Assembly: GCF_009914755.1 (NCBI RefSeq)
Contig: NC_060928.1
Reading direction: 5' to 3' (one strand)
DNA: 64,000 nucleotides
Origin: the human T2T-CHM13v2.0 reference genome, Homo sapiens
The notes under the pieces are model-generated. The model saw only the letters and a list, made by a program, of their open reading frames with translations, did not search any database and was not told where the DNA came from. A program made the position numbers and the translations under genes. Within the stretch, counting starts at the first letter, position 1. The number at the start of each line of letters is the position of its first letter. This document shows positions 36,577 to 48,462 of the stretch, in pieces.

Positions 36577-36630
36577 CTGTGTGTGTATGTGTATACACAC
36601 ACACACACATATATATATATATTATATATG
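36577..36630 (+). repeat. Compound (TG)/(CA)/(TA) microsatellite
   Basis: Direct read; the GT run followed by the CA run is self-complementary. Confidence 0.9.
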
Positions 36631-36814
36631 ATATTAGAGCAAAAGGCCTATATCTAGTTGCATAAATTATGAATTGAATGCCATTTCTTACTAAGCAACA
36701 CCTAGGTTAGGATTCTACTTCCAGACAGAGCTGGATTGACCTAGGGAAGAAATTCTATGAAGTTTTTCCCAGTTAAACTGTCTGCAAAGGATTCAATTTT
36801 TATAATTGAATGCT

Positions 36815-37300
36815 TTAGTTTATTCAACAGATGTTCATTAGATACTTATTCTGTGCCAGGCCCTGTGCTAGGTGCTAAAGATGCAAATATGAATCAGTTT
36901 TATTTCTTCCCTTTATGGAGCTTACAGTCTAGTGATAGAAATGAGCTGTTGTTACATATGCATACGTTGTGCACATGTACCCTAAAACTTAAAGAAAAAA
37001 AAGAGCTGTTGTTTCCCTAGGAGAGTAAAAGCAGAGGGAAGAACCAGTGTGAGGAATGAAAGCACAAAAGAGCAGAATATATATGGGATGTAAGTAATAA
37101 AGGAAGGCTAGACATCGGTTGCCCTGGGGAGGAGGCTGAGCATGTGTAGGGATTGATGTTGGGAAGGAAGGTTGAGGCCAGATTGTCAAGGGCATTGTAC
37201 ACACTTCTAAATACACTGGGGAGCTACCAGAAGTTTTTGTCCAGGGAACTGTCATGATTTGTGTCAGGACTTTGAGCCTAAGACCATGCCTGGAAAAGAC
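36815..37300 (-). mobile_element. L2 3' region
   Basis: TTATTCAACAGATGTTCATTAGATACTTATTCTGTGCCAGGCCCTGTGCTAGGTGCT..TGGAGCTTACAGTCTAGTG. Confidence 0.8.
36954..37002 (+). mobile_element. Miniature L1PA 3'-tip insertion with TSD
   Basis: CGTTGTGCACATGTACCCTAAAACTTAAAG plus A-tail; TSD GAGCTGTTGTT at 36943-36953 and 37003-37013. Confidence 0.85.
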
Positions 37301-38159
37301 ATTTGTTGGTCTTAGAATGAGAGTGAGTGGATTTGGCACGGGGAAGGTACATGAATAACTGCACCCATGACAGCTGATCGCAATACATTTGTTTCATTAA
37401 TAGCTCCAATTCTTCACCCTTCCCTGGAGCAACACCTTGTTCACCATGAAGTTTTACACTGTCCCCGCTCTGTGGGCAGGGCTCTTTCCTGCTGGGTTTG
37501 ACTACATGATCTATCGACAGATTGTCACTTCTGATTCATTCTAAAATAAAGTTGCAAACCTAATTGCCTCCTTTTGCATCCTCAGCTTGCATTTGGATAT
37601 CAAAATCTGATCTGCAGCCCCTGTTTTAGTGGGCTCTGAGGGAAGAGAAGGGAACCCTCGTCCACAGTACTAGAGGACACTGGGAAATAGATATTTCAAA
37701 TCTCGTTCCAGGTCTCCAATAGCAATGGCTGTCACTCGTTTTGCTGTTTAATAGTCTAAGAGCAAATATATTTTCCTGCCACAAAAAAATTGATTTTCTT
37801 CTCAAGACCACTTAGTCTCAAGAATACTGAAGTTTATATGTTATTCCTTCCAAAATAAAAAGCTTGGCCTTGTTATACGAACAACTCTCTTCTGGGTTAA
37901 ATTTACAAAATCTCTCACTTTAACTGAACGTTTTTTTCTGTGAGCCACATGGGACAAATATAACTAATTAAAAATAATTTCTCTGATTGTTAAAAAATTT
38001 CCTAAGCAGTGCTTAGTGGCAGAAGCCTGTTCAGTGAGGAGTTTCAGTTCATCCCTCAATCTTTCTTTATTTCTTCTTCCCTCCCTTTTTAAGTACAAAA
38101 GGAACACATGCAAAGGGCTTTCCTGTATTTTTAAAACCAACTTTAAAACTATAGAAGAT

Positions 38160-38453
38160 ATTATTTATTTATTTATTTATTTTTATATTTTAAGTTCTAG
38201 GGTACATGTGCACAACGTGCAGGTTTGTTACATATGTATACATGTGCCATGTTGGTGTGCTGCACCCATTAACTCATCATTTACATTAGGTATATCTCCT
38301 AATGCTATCCCTCCCCCTTCCCCCCACCCCTCAATAGGCCCTGGTGTGTGATGTTCCCCTTCCTGTGTCCAAGTGTTCTCATTGTTCAATTCCCACCTAT
38401 GAATGAGAACATGCAGTGTTTGGTTTTTTGTCCTTGCAATAGTTTGCTGAGAA
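38160..38453 (-). mobile_element. L1PA (PA4-6-like) 5'-truncated 3' end
   Basis: TTTAAGTTCTAGGGTACATGTGCACAACGTGCAGGTTTGTTACATATGTATACATGTGCCATG; (TTTA)n tail. Confidence 0.95.
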
Positions 38454-38644
38454 AGATGTTCTTAATGTGCTGGAGAGTTAAAATTAAATTTCAAAATAGT
38501 TTGCATTATATGATTTCAAATATAGATTGATTCATTAACATACATACAAGATAGATAAAAAGATGATTGATTCATAGATATTCCAAAAATGTTCATAACA
38601 GTTATTTCTGAGTGACTGTATTTATCTCCTTCTTTCTTATTATA

Positions 38645-39245
38645 TTTTCTTTTTTTTACTTTTAAGTTCAGGGGTACAAGTGTAGATTTGTTATTAAATT
38701 AGTTCAGCCATTGTGGAAGACAGTGTAGTAATTCCTCAAAGACCTAAAAACATAAATATCATTTGACCCAGCAATCCCATTACTGGGTATATACCCAAAG
38801 GAATATGTCATTCTATGATAAAGACACATGCATGCATATGTTCATTGCAACACTGTTCACAATAGCAAAGACATGGAATCAACCGAAAGGCTTATCAACA
38901 ATAGACTGGATAAAGAAAATGTGGTACATATACACCGTAGAAAACTATACAGCCATAAAAGAGAACAAGATCATGTCCTTTGCAGAGACTTCGATGGAGC
39001 TGGAGGCCATTATCCTTAGCAAACTAACAAAGGAACAGAAAACAAAATACCACATGTTCTCACTTATAAGAACATGTGGTATTTTATAAGTGGGAGCTAA
39101 ATGATGAGAACACATGGGCACATAGTGGGGAACAACACACACAGGCCTTTCAGAGGGTGGAGGGTGAGAGGAGGGAGAGAATGAAGAAAAATAACTAATG
39201 GGTACTAGGCTTAATACCCGGGTGTTGAAATAACCTGTACAGCAA
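38645..39245 (-). mobile_element. Older L1PA insertion with 5' inversion (tail 38645-38693 on -, inverted part 38694-39245 on +)
   Basis: TTTTACTTTTAAGTTCAGGGGTACAAGTGTAGATTTGTTA abuts sense ORF2-end/3'UTR; ORF 38763-39089 is the ORF2 C-terminus. Confidence 0.85.
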
Positions 39246-42200
39246 ATGACAGATGTGTTTTCATTTCACTTGGGTAAATACCAAAGAGTAGAATTGTTGG
39301 GTCATATGGTAAATGTATGTCAACTTTATAAGCAACTGCCTAGTTGTTTCCCAAAGTGGTTGTATAGTTTTACATTCCTATCAGCAGTATATGAGCATTG
39401 CAGTTGTTCCACAGCCTCACTAACATTTGATAATTTAATCTGTTTAATGTTAGCCCTTCTAGAAATTGTGTACCAGTATCTAATTGTGGGTTTAATTTGA
39501 ATTTTCCTAATGAATAATGGTGTCGAACATATGTTCAGACCCTTATTTGCAATTTATATACTTTCTTTGGTGAAATATCTGTTCAAATTTTTTTTTTTGC
39601 CCATTTTTAAGTCAGGTTATTTGTCGTATTCTTGAGTTTAGTAGTTTTTGCATATTTTGGATACAATCAAAGATTTTCTTTATCAAATACATATTTTGTT
39701 AATATTGTTTCAGTTTGTGTCTTGCCATTTTATTTAGTAACAGTGTCTTTTAGAGAACAAAATTTACTTTTGATAAAATCCAATTTTTTTTACACTTTGT
39801 GATTTTTGTGTCTTACGAAACCTTTATCTAACATAAGATTGTACACATATCTTATTTTTTTCAGATGTTTTATAGTTTCATGTTTAATCTTTAGGTTTAT
39901 AATCTATTTTGAATTAACTTTTGTATATGGTGTGTATGGCTTCTGCATGGGAGATTGTCTCTTTTTCCCCAGTTATTAATTTATTTAATCATTTATTTAT
40001 ATAATTATGTCATGGATATTTATTAGGATATTTATAAATAGCATGGATATTTATTTTGTACTTTGAGTTATAATACTACTTTATTTATTTTCTTGCACAA
40101 ATTGTTCCAGCTTTAGCCACTGGGAGCTTCTTCAGTTGGCTCCAATGACCTCTTGACATACCCCCATCAATGTGTTTTTTAATTCTGTTTTGTGTTTTGA
40201 AAACTTCCTTACTGTCTGACACTATGAGATGTTCAAGGCTCATCTTGTATATTTCCTGTCCCAGTCCTAGAACCAGCCATTTTGCCAAGAACACAGTCTT
40301 TTTTAAAATGGGAAAACAGTATTAGAAACTGTTTTAAAATGGGAAAACAAGGTCAAGGTGCTAGGTGTGCTTGTTGCTGCTAGGGTACTATTTCTTTTAG
40401 ATCCTCTCAGCTAACAGAACAAAAATACATGTGTGTATTAACATGTGTATATATACAGACATATATATATATTTCTACATGTAAAAATCTGTACATTAAG
40501 TTAAACATGATGTTTTTCTCATGTCTCCAACTCAAATTCACTAGCACATGGATCATTTTAGCCTCCTTCTCTGCTAATTACCATTATATAAGTGAATAAC
40601 CTGGGTTCCACCATCTATCATCCATTTACTTGGTTAATTCCAGTATATATAATGAGAATTTTTAACCTAGACCTCTAAGGGAAACAACTTTATCAACTAG
40701 AGTACATTAATGTACAGTTTTTGTTGCCTTCAATCTTACAAACTACATTCATTTCCAAAGTTACTTAGGTCAGCATCTAGTCTCCCAACTTTGTTTCATA
40801 AAGTTAGATTTTCTTGTCATAGTTTTCATTATTTCTTGAGATCCTCTTCCTAAAATTTTTTTAAAAAATTGATTTACATTAATGTTCACTCTGTGCTGGA
40901 ACATACTGTAGATTCTGACTAACATATAATGTTATGTATCTACTATTACAGTGCCATACAGACTAATTTCACCAAGCTAAAAATTATCTGTGCTTCGTAT
41001 ATTTATTCCTCTCCTTGTTTTTCCTTTCACTTGGCAACCAGTGATCTTTTTGTTCTCTGTAGTTTTGGCTTTTTCAGAACGTCATATAATTGGATCATAG
41101 AGTAAGTAGCCATGTCAGACTGGCTTCTTTCAATTCTCAATGTGCATTTATGGTTCTTTCATGACTTTTTGAACCTTGATAGCTCATTTCTTTTTATCAT
41201 TGAATGAATTCCATTTTATGGATGTGCCACAGTTTATCTATTCACCTATCGAAGAACATTTTGGTAGAAATTATAAATAAAACTGTAATAAGTATCTATG
41301 TGCAGGTTTTTGTGTAGATATGTTTTCAACTCATTTGGGTAAATACTTAGGAGCATGATTGCTGCTTAGTATGGTGAGACTAAATTTAGCTTTGTCTTCC
41401 AAAGTGGCTGTACTATTTTGTATTCTCACGAGCAATGAATAAGAATTTCTGTGGCTTCACATCCTTGTAAGAATTTAGTATTGGCAGTTTTTAAAATCTT
41501 TCTTAGCCATTTTAATAAGTACGTAGTAGTATCTCATTGTTTCAATTTGCAATTCCCTAATGACATAACATGTGGGGCTTCTTTTCATACATTTATTTGC
41601 CATCTGTATATCTTCTTTAATGAAATGTCTGTTAACATCTTTTGCCCATTTTTTAATTGGATTGTTTTCTGATTGTTTAGTTTTAAGAATTATTTGTATA
41701 TTTTGGAAACAAGCCTTTTATCAGATATGAATTTTGCTAATATTTTCTCCTAGTCTGTGGCTAGTTTTTTCTCTTAAAAGTGTTTTTTGAAAAACTGAAA
41801 TTTTTAATTTTAATAAAATCCAATTTTTCATGGTTTGTGCCTTTAATGTATCTAAAAAGTTATCATCACTGAACCTAAGATCACCTGGATTTTCTCCTGT
41901 TATTTTCTAAAAGTTTTGTAGTTTTCTGCTTTTAGGTCTGCAATCCATTTTTGAATGATGTTTTTGTGAAAAGTGTAAGGTTTGTGCCTGGATTCATTAT
42001 TTTGCATTTAATTGTTCCATTATCATTTATTGAAGAGCCTATTTTTGTATAAATCTCTTTCTGGAATTTTTATTCTGTTTTATTGATCTATGTGTTCTTT
42101 TGCCCCCCACTACCATGCTGTCTTGACTACCATAGCTTTATACTAAGTCTGGAAGTTGGGTAGTGCCAGTTCTTCAACTTTGGTTCTTTTTCTTCAGTAT

Positions 42201-42490
42201 TGTGTTGACTCATCTGGGTTTTTGGCTTTCTGTATATACATGTTAGAAACAGCCTATCAATATTCACAAAATCACTTTCTGGAATTTTTATTGAGTTTTT
42301 TTGACTCTACAGATCAAGTGGGGAAGAATTGACATTTAAATAATAATGGGTCTTCTAATCCATGAGCATGACATTTATATTAATTTTTAAAAATCTTTTA
42401 TTTCCTATGTCAGAGTTTTATAGTTTTTCATATATAGATCTTTTACATATCTTGTTAGATTTATCCCTAAGTCATTCTTATTTTGTTAGA
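39246..42490 (-). mobile_element. Old L1M block (L1MB-like ORF2 piece, then L1MC/MD-type 3'UTR and body)
   Basis: TTGGGTAAATACC..GGGTCATATGGTAA; TTGTTCCAGCTTTAGCCACTGGGAGC; GATGTTCAAGGCTCATCTTGTATATTTCCTG; CTACAGATCAAGTGGGGAAGAATTGACAT. Confidence 0.85.
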
Positions 42491-44449
42491 CTTATATGTT
42501 TTTAAAAATTAAATCAGAGCTTTAGACAAAGTAGTTGATATTTTGTCAATGAAATAGGGGGAACAAGGTTTGTGTCAAGGAAAGAGTTGACCTAAGTAGT
42601 ACAGAGGACTGTCCACAGTGTCTAAAGCTAAAGGCATGACATGAAATAATGACTGAAGAGTCAGAAGCAAAGAAAATGTCTATGTGGAAGTGGATCCAAT
42701 TATGACCTTTTATGTCTAAACTTATTTACATCTACCCTCACCAGCCAGTCATTATGTAAATTCATGATAAAGCAGTAAGGACCTATGTGTCTGCTTGAAG
42801 TATGCTTGGGCTCTATTAGTCAGTTGGGGTAATCAATAAAAATGGGATAATTATTCTCCATTCTCTGTAGATCATATAGTTGCCCTTTTACATCAGTTGA
42901 ACACATTTTGTGAAACATAACCTTTGAAACTCACACGTAATCATCATATGTTTCATATACTATCTTTTCTTTCTTTAGAGTTTCTGACATCTTCCTACTT
43001 TAGGGAAAACTTTCTGGGCCTGTTGAAAGAGGAGAACATTTCCTTTGACCTCATTTCTTTCACAATATTCTATTCAATCACCTCTTTGCAATAAACATAT
43101 TTTTTTCTCCACATACGCATATCCTTATGGAAAGTTGATTTCACTATCTGGGTCTTTGGCTGCCACTACTGCTTATCATGTATTGTCAGATGTTAAAAAG
43201 CAGGTCCAGGAGAGAAATGCACTGAAACAGACATTGAATAAATCCTTTAGATGCAATAATGATTGCCCACAGAGGAGCTAGGCCAATAGGCTTGATGCCA
43301 ATAAGATGATGCCAATTTCAGCATAGCAACATCAACTTCAATACAATGTTATTGATATAAGCATTTTAGTATTACAGTAGTATCATTGGCACCAGTGGAG
43401 AATGGACCTGATAAAGGCTATTTGACGCCCGGCTGGCTCAGAGTCATTCATAGCTTTCCTTTGGGGGTTAGGACATGTGGCACACTCTGCATATGGGAGA
43501 TAAAGGGGCACTTGAACAGTACTTGATGGGATCCAGATAGATTCTATGCCATTTGTTGCTAGCAAGTATTTTTTAAAAATTACTTCTTTTTAATTTAATA
43601 AAAATAGTGGGGCATAATATGTAATGGAAAGACTGAATATCTTCTATCATTTTAATCTGCATATGCTTTCTAGATTAGGAAACCCGAGAAGTTTTGGAAT
43701 AAAGAGTATTATTCCATGCATTGCTTCTAATAGGTTAACTCTTTTTCCACGTGGATGGCAAGATCCCAGCTTTGGCTTGATTCCTAGACTTTACCTATTT
43801 TCCTTCCACACAGCATGGGGACACTTGCACTTCATGTGCAGGCTCAATCACCTCTCAAACTATTGGTAAGATCCTAAAAGTTTCAGATTTCCAAGTAAAT
43901 GGGATAGATACAGAGGATCTGGGACTGAAGCAAAACAAAAAACAAAGAAAAGCAACCTAGTTGTGGATAACACAACCTTTCATCAAAAAGGCCATGTTAG
44001 TGGAGAGCTTTGAGCCATTGGGCAGGTATATTCTTCATAAGAAATGTTTCCCTTATGGTCTTCATTCATTAGGATGATGGATTCAAGAGTTATTGCCATT
44101 TTTCTCAAGGCCTAAATTTTTATCTATCTAATGTTGTCACCTGAGAGAATTCCCCTAACTACGTACTTGTTCTGATCTAGAAGTAGTGCCTGGTCATGAA
44201 TATTACCACCAAGCATCACTTGACTTTTCAAGGACAACACCCTGGTTAAAAACACCCTTAACAATATTTTGGTCTTGGACTACCATCTATTATTTTTTCC
44301 CGTGTACTGTGAATATCACACTTTATTTGTTCCACATACTTGATTCAACTTCACTCTATTTAAATTTACGGTCTACATATATTTTAGAGAGATTTCTTTG
44401 TTTCCATAACTAGAGATTTAATGGTGAGCATAAAAGACATGATTTTGGC

Positions 44450-46575
44450 GTTTTACTGCCAGCTGAGATGTAGAAAGATGCAAAGGACCTTCACCCTGAT
44501 GAAACCCACATGCAAGAAACCCACAGACAGAAATAAAAAACAATATTTTCTATGGGGCTAGCAAAGAGCAAGGAACAAAGGAAGCCCTGATAAACTGAAT
44601 TCCAGAAGGAAATGAAAGTTTCACAGGTGAGCAGAAAACCATGACAGCTTCTATACCATAAGGCAGTTTCCTAATTTGAGTGGAGAGAATGGAAGAATTA
44701 GGTTGACATATGCACACAGACATTGCAGTAATGAAAAGAAATCAGCTGATTCTTAGACAATAATTTGGGCTGGGGACAGGTTGGAATCCAAAAGAGACAG
44801 AGATCCCAAAAACAAGTGGTTTGACCTGAAAAAATTTTCCCACCACAAATTTTGCCAGGAAAGTGGCAGTGGCAGAAGATCTGGAAATCAGAGAGAAGTT
44901 GCAAACTTCTGCACATTCGGGAGGCTTGAATTCTAAGGCTCTGCTTAAGTTGAATAAAAGGGGAATTAAAAGTCTTTGAAACTATAACCCGACTTTGTTC
45001 TAGCTTAATATCGACAAGGTCAAATAGTTAATCTTGCTATGGGAGATTGGAAGTTGGGCTAATCACAGATAAGCTCAGTCTAATGAAAGCTAAGGTTCAG
45101 TTTCAGATCAACTTAATTCTGGCCATAGAGAAATGGTTTATAATCTCTGAAAAATAAGAAAATAAAAGGAAATAATTATACGTCAGTCTTCACTGTTTCA
45201 TGTCCTAAAAAGTACATGTGAGTTTCTATATGTGAGAAAGCACGAAAATGTGATATATAATCAAAAGTAAATACACTCAATAGAAGACTGACAGAGGGCC
45301 CAGTTAGCAGAAGTAACTTAACACAACTATTATAAAAATGCAAAAGGATTTACAGAAAAAAGGAGATGTAATGATGAAAATATGGAATATTTCAGGAGAG
45401 AGATAGAAGTTTTCAAAAATAATTAAATGAAAAGTTACAAATAAAAAATAAGATATCTACCATCAACATTTTATGGGGTGGAATTAACATTAAATTGAAT
45501 AGGAGGAAAAAAGCATCAGTAAATCTTAGGATACATCACTTAAAAAGTAACTAGAATAGAGAGAAAACACTGAAAATAAACACAGGCAAACAAATCTTTA
45601 GGGCTATTATAAGCTATGAAGTCCCAGAAAGAAAGGAAAAAGAGACTAGGGCAAAACATTACTTGAAGAAATAATGACTGAAAAATTTTCCAAGTATGAT
45701 GAAAGTAATAATGTATAAATCCAATAACTCAATGCATCTTAATCAGGATAAATATCAAGGAAACCACATTGAGAGATGTCATAATTAAATTATTAAAAAC
45801 CAAAATAAAGGAAAATCTCAAAAGCAATTGGAGAAAAAAGACACAAAAAGGAACTTCTTATACACTGCTGGTAAGATAGTAAAATAGTTCAAAGACTTTG
45901 AAAACTGTGTGAGACTTTCTTATAAAGTTAAACATATGCTTATTTTACAAACGCTTAAGTCTATTCCTAAGTATTTACCCATTAGAAATAGGTTCAGTCC
46001 CAGATCAACTGAATTCCAGCCATGGAGAAATTGCTTATAATCTCTGAAAAATAAACAAAATAAAACCAAATAATTACATCTCAGTCTTCACTGTTCTATG
46101 TCCTAAAAAACTTATGTCCATTAAAAGACTTGTATAGTGTTTAAAGCAGCCTTAGTCATAACAGTAAAAAACAAAAAACAACTTAAATGTACATTAACAG
46201 AAGATTAAACAAACAAATTGTGATAGATTCACCCAATGAATTCATCAGTACCAAGAACAAACTACTGATAAACACAACATGAGTAAATCCCACGGACATA
46301 TGTTGAATGAAAAAAGCCAGACCAAAAAAAAATGCATACTATGTGATTCTATTGATAAAAATTCAAGAACAGGAGAAGCTAATCTATGGCGATAGAAATC
46401 AGAGTGAGAATCGACCCTGGAGGTTAGCGGGGTTGACTAATGGGGAGTGTAGAAGTACTTTTTGGGTTGATGGAAATGTTCTATACCCTGATTAGAATGC
46501 CCATAGTATCTTGAACTGTATGCCTATGAAGATGTACACTTTCTATAGGTTAATTAATTATTCCTCAGTGTAAAG
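44450..46575 (+). mobile_element. Old L1ME-type element: 5'UTR/ORF1 remnant joined directly to the 3' end
   Basis: ORF1-like GAAGAAATAATGACTGAAAAATTTTCCAAG..AAAACCAAAATAAAGGAAAATCTCAAAAGCA to ~45847, then GGAACTTCTTATACACTGCTGGT..GATAGAAATCAGAGTG..GATGGAAATGTTCTATA. Confidence 0.7.
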
Positions 46576-46577
46576 AA

Positions 46578-47880
46578 GATGGAGTCTCTTTCCACATGGA
46601 GCTTTCATATCAGTGTGGAAGAAAGAGCATCATCACACAATTATACAAATCCATAGATATAAACCATGATGAATACTAGAAAGAGCAAGACAAAGACTTA
46701 AGGATTGCAGAGAAGCTAATCTACATCTGCGGAATCAGGGAGGGCTTTTGAAACGGAATAACATTTGAACTGGGTGCTGAAGGTTGAATAGATGATAACT
46801 AGGAGAGTGTTGCAGGTAAGGGGAGGAAAGAGCATTCTGGGCAGAAGGGATCAACTGGCTGTCCAAGAGACCTGAGCAAAGGAAGGCATATGACAAATTC
46901 AGAAAGAGAGGTAATGTGATGGGTCAGCATACAGTGAAAAGTAAGAAAGGTGGCGAGTAAGGCTAATCATGCATGGCACATTTAAGATCATATTAAAGAT
47001 ACTACTTTTTATCCTAAGGATATCAGTAAATGACTCAAGTGTCTTACATAGGAAGCTGGAATGATCAACTGCATTTTCCAAAGCTCCCTTTCATAAAGGA
47101 AGAATGCATTTTCCAAAACTCCCTTCATAACTTAAAGAATGAATGTGAAGTGGTCAAGAATGGATATGGGGAAATCAATTAGGAGGTTACTGCTATTGCC
47201 CACCAGTCATCATGTCCACTTGGGTGAGGTCAGTGGCAATAGTGATAGACATACTCAGGCAGTATTTCTTAATGGATTAGATTGAGGGCAATGATAAACA
47301 GTTGTTTCACACCATTACTACTACTAGCTGTCTGCTCTGTGAAACTAGAAGGAATCTGATGCCAGCCACTGAGATCGAATAGAAATGAGGAACTACGTTG
47401 TAGGAACAACACATGAGTTGTATTTTGAACAGGTACAGATAGAAATGTCTTTGACACCTCCAAGGGAATATTGATTATTAAGTTGACATGCACAAAAATG
47501 GCCTGGGCTGGAAATACATTTGCTGGAAATTTGGGAGTCATCTATTTGCTCTGATGATTCAAGTCACAGGCATTGACAATGTCATCTAGGGAATCATTAA
47601 AAATTGAGAAGATCTTACAGCCAAACCTTGAGGGCTTCCCAACATCCAACGACCAGGTAGGAAGAATATGCTAGTGAAGGAAACTCTGAGATAGTCAGAG
47701 AAATAGGAGGGAAACTTACTGGGCCCTCACACAAGCCAAAGGAAAATGTTTCATGAGTGAAGGAATGGAAAGCAGAGTCTAAGGTTTTTGAGCAACCCAG
47801 TAAGAGGAGAATGAGAAAATGCCTATTTCATTGGTAAAATAGATTAGATTTAGGTGTCCATGGGAACGAAAAGGTTTCAG
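46578..47880 (-). mobile_element. L2 (long fragment)
   Basis: CATGGAGCTTTCAT..GAATCAGGGAGGGCTT..ACATTTGAACTGGG..GAGCATTCTGGGCAGAAGG..GGCCTGGGCTGGAAATACA..TTGGGAGTCATC. Confidence 0.85.
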
Positions 47881-47886
47881 TGCAAT

Positions 47887-48035
47887 AGGGGTTCTATCTA
47901 CAGCTGTACACAGATGAGTTAAGGGGACTTAGAGAATTCCCAGAAATTGTCTGAAAATGTTTTTATATAGGCACATGCCTTTTTCTGTGGACAGGATCTA
48001 CAGGCTTAATCATATATTACTCTAAGAGAATCAAC
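47887..48035 (+). mobile_element. hAT-Charlie MITE (MER103-like); similar remnant at ~32290-32435
   Basis: GGGGTTCT..CAGAAATTGT..CTTTTTCTGTGGACAGGATCTACAGGCTT. Confidence 0.4.
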
Positions 48036-48234
48036 TATCTGCTTCCCCTTGCTTGGTGTATGTGTATGCGTGCATGTGGGTGTTCATTTTTAGACTCTGG
48101 CTGATCTTTGCTGAAGAACATCAATATTTAGTTTATCTCTCTCACAGTAACAGAATGAACAACACAAAGCAGGTTTCAGTTTTGTCCTCGATAAGCAGCC
48201 TAAAGGAATTCTGATAACTTTTCAATAGAATCTT

Positions 48235-48462
48235 TGGCATTAGAAAACAATGTTGAATGTAGGCCCAGAAAAACTGAATTTTTAGCCCCTTCCTTGCTGT
48301 GAGATCTTTAGTGAGAGGCTTAAACATTGTATACCTCAATTTCCTTGTCTGTAAAACAGGTAAAGTAAATAGCAACTTAGTAGGGTTATTGGGATCATAA
48401 AATGATATGTTGATTTAGAATGCATTTTGCAAATTACAAACTGCTATACAAAGATAACTATT
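48235..48462 (+). mobile_element. MIR
   Basis: CCTCAATTTCCTTGTCTGTAAAACAGG..AGGGTTATTGGGATCATAAAATGA. Confidence 0.7.
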
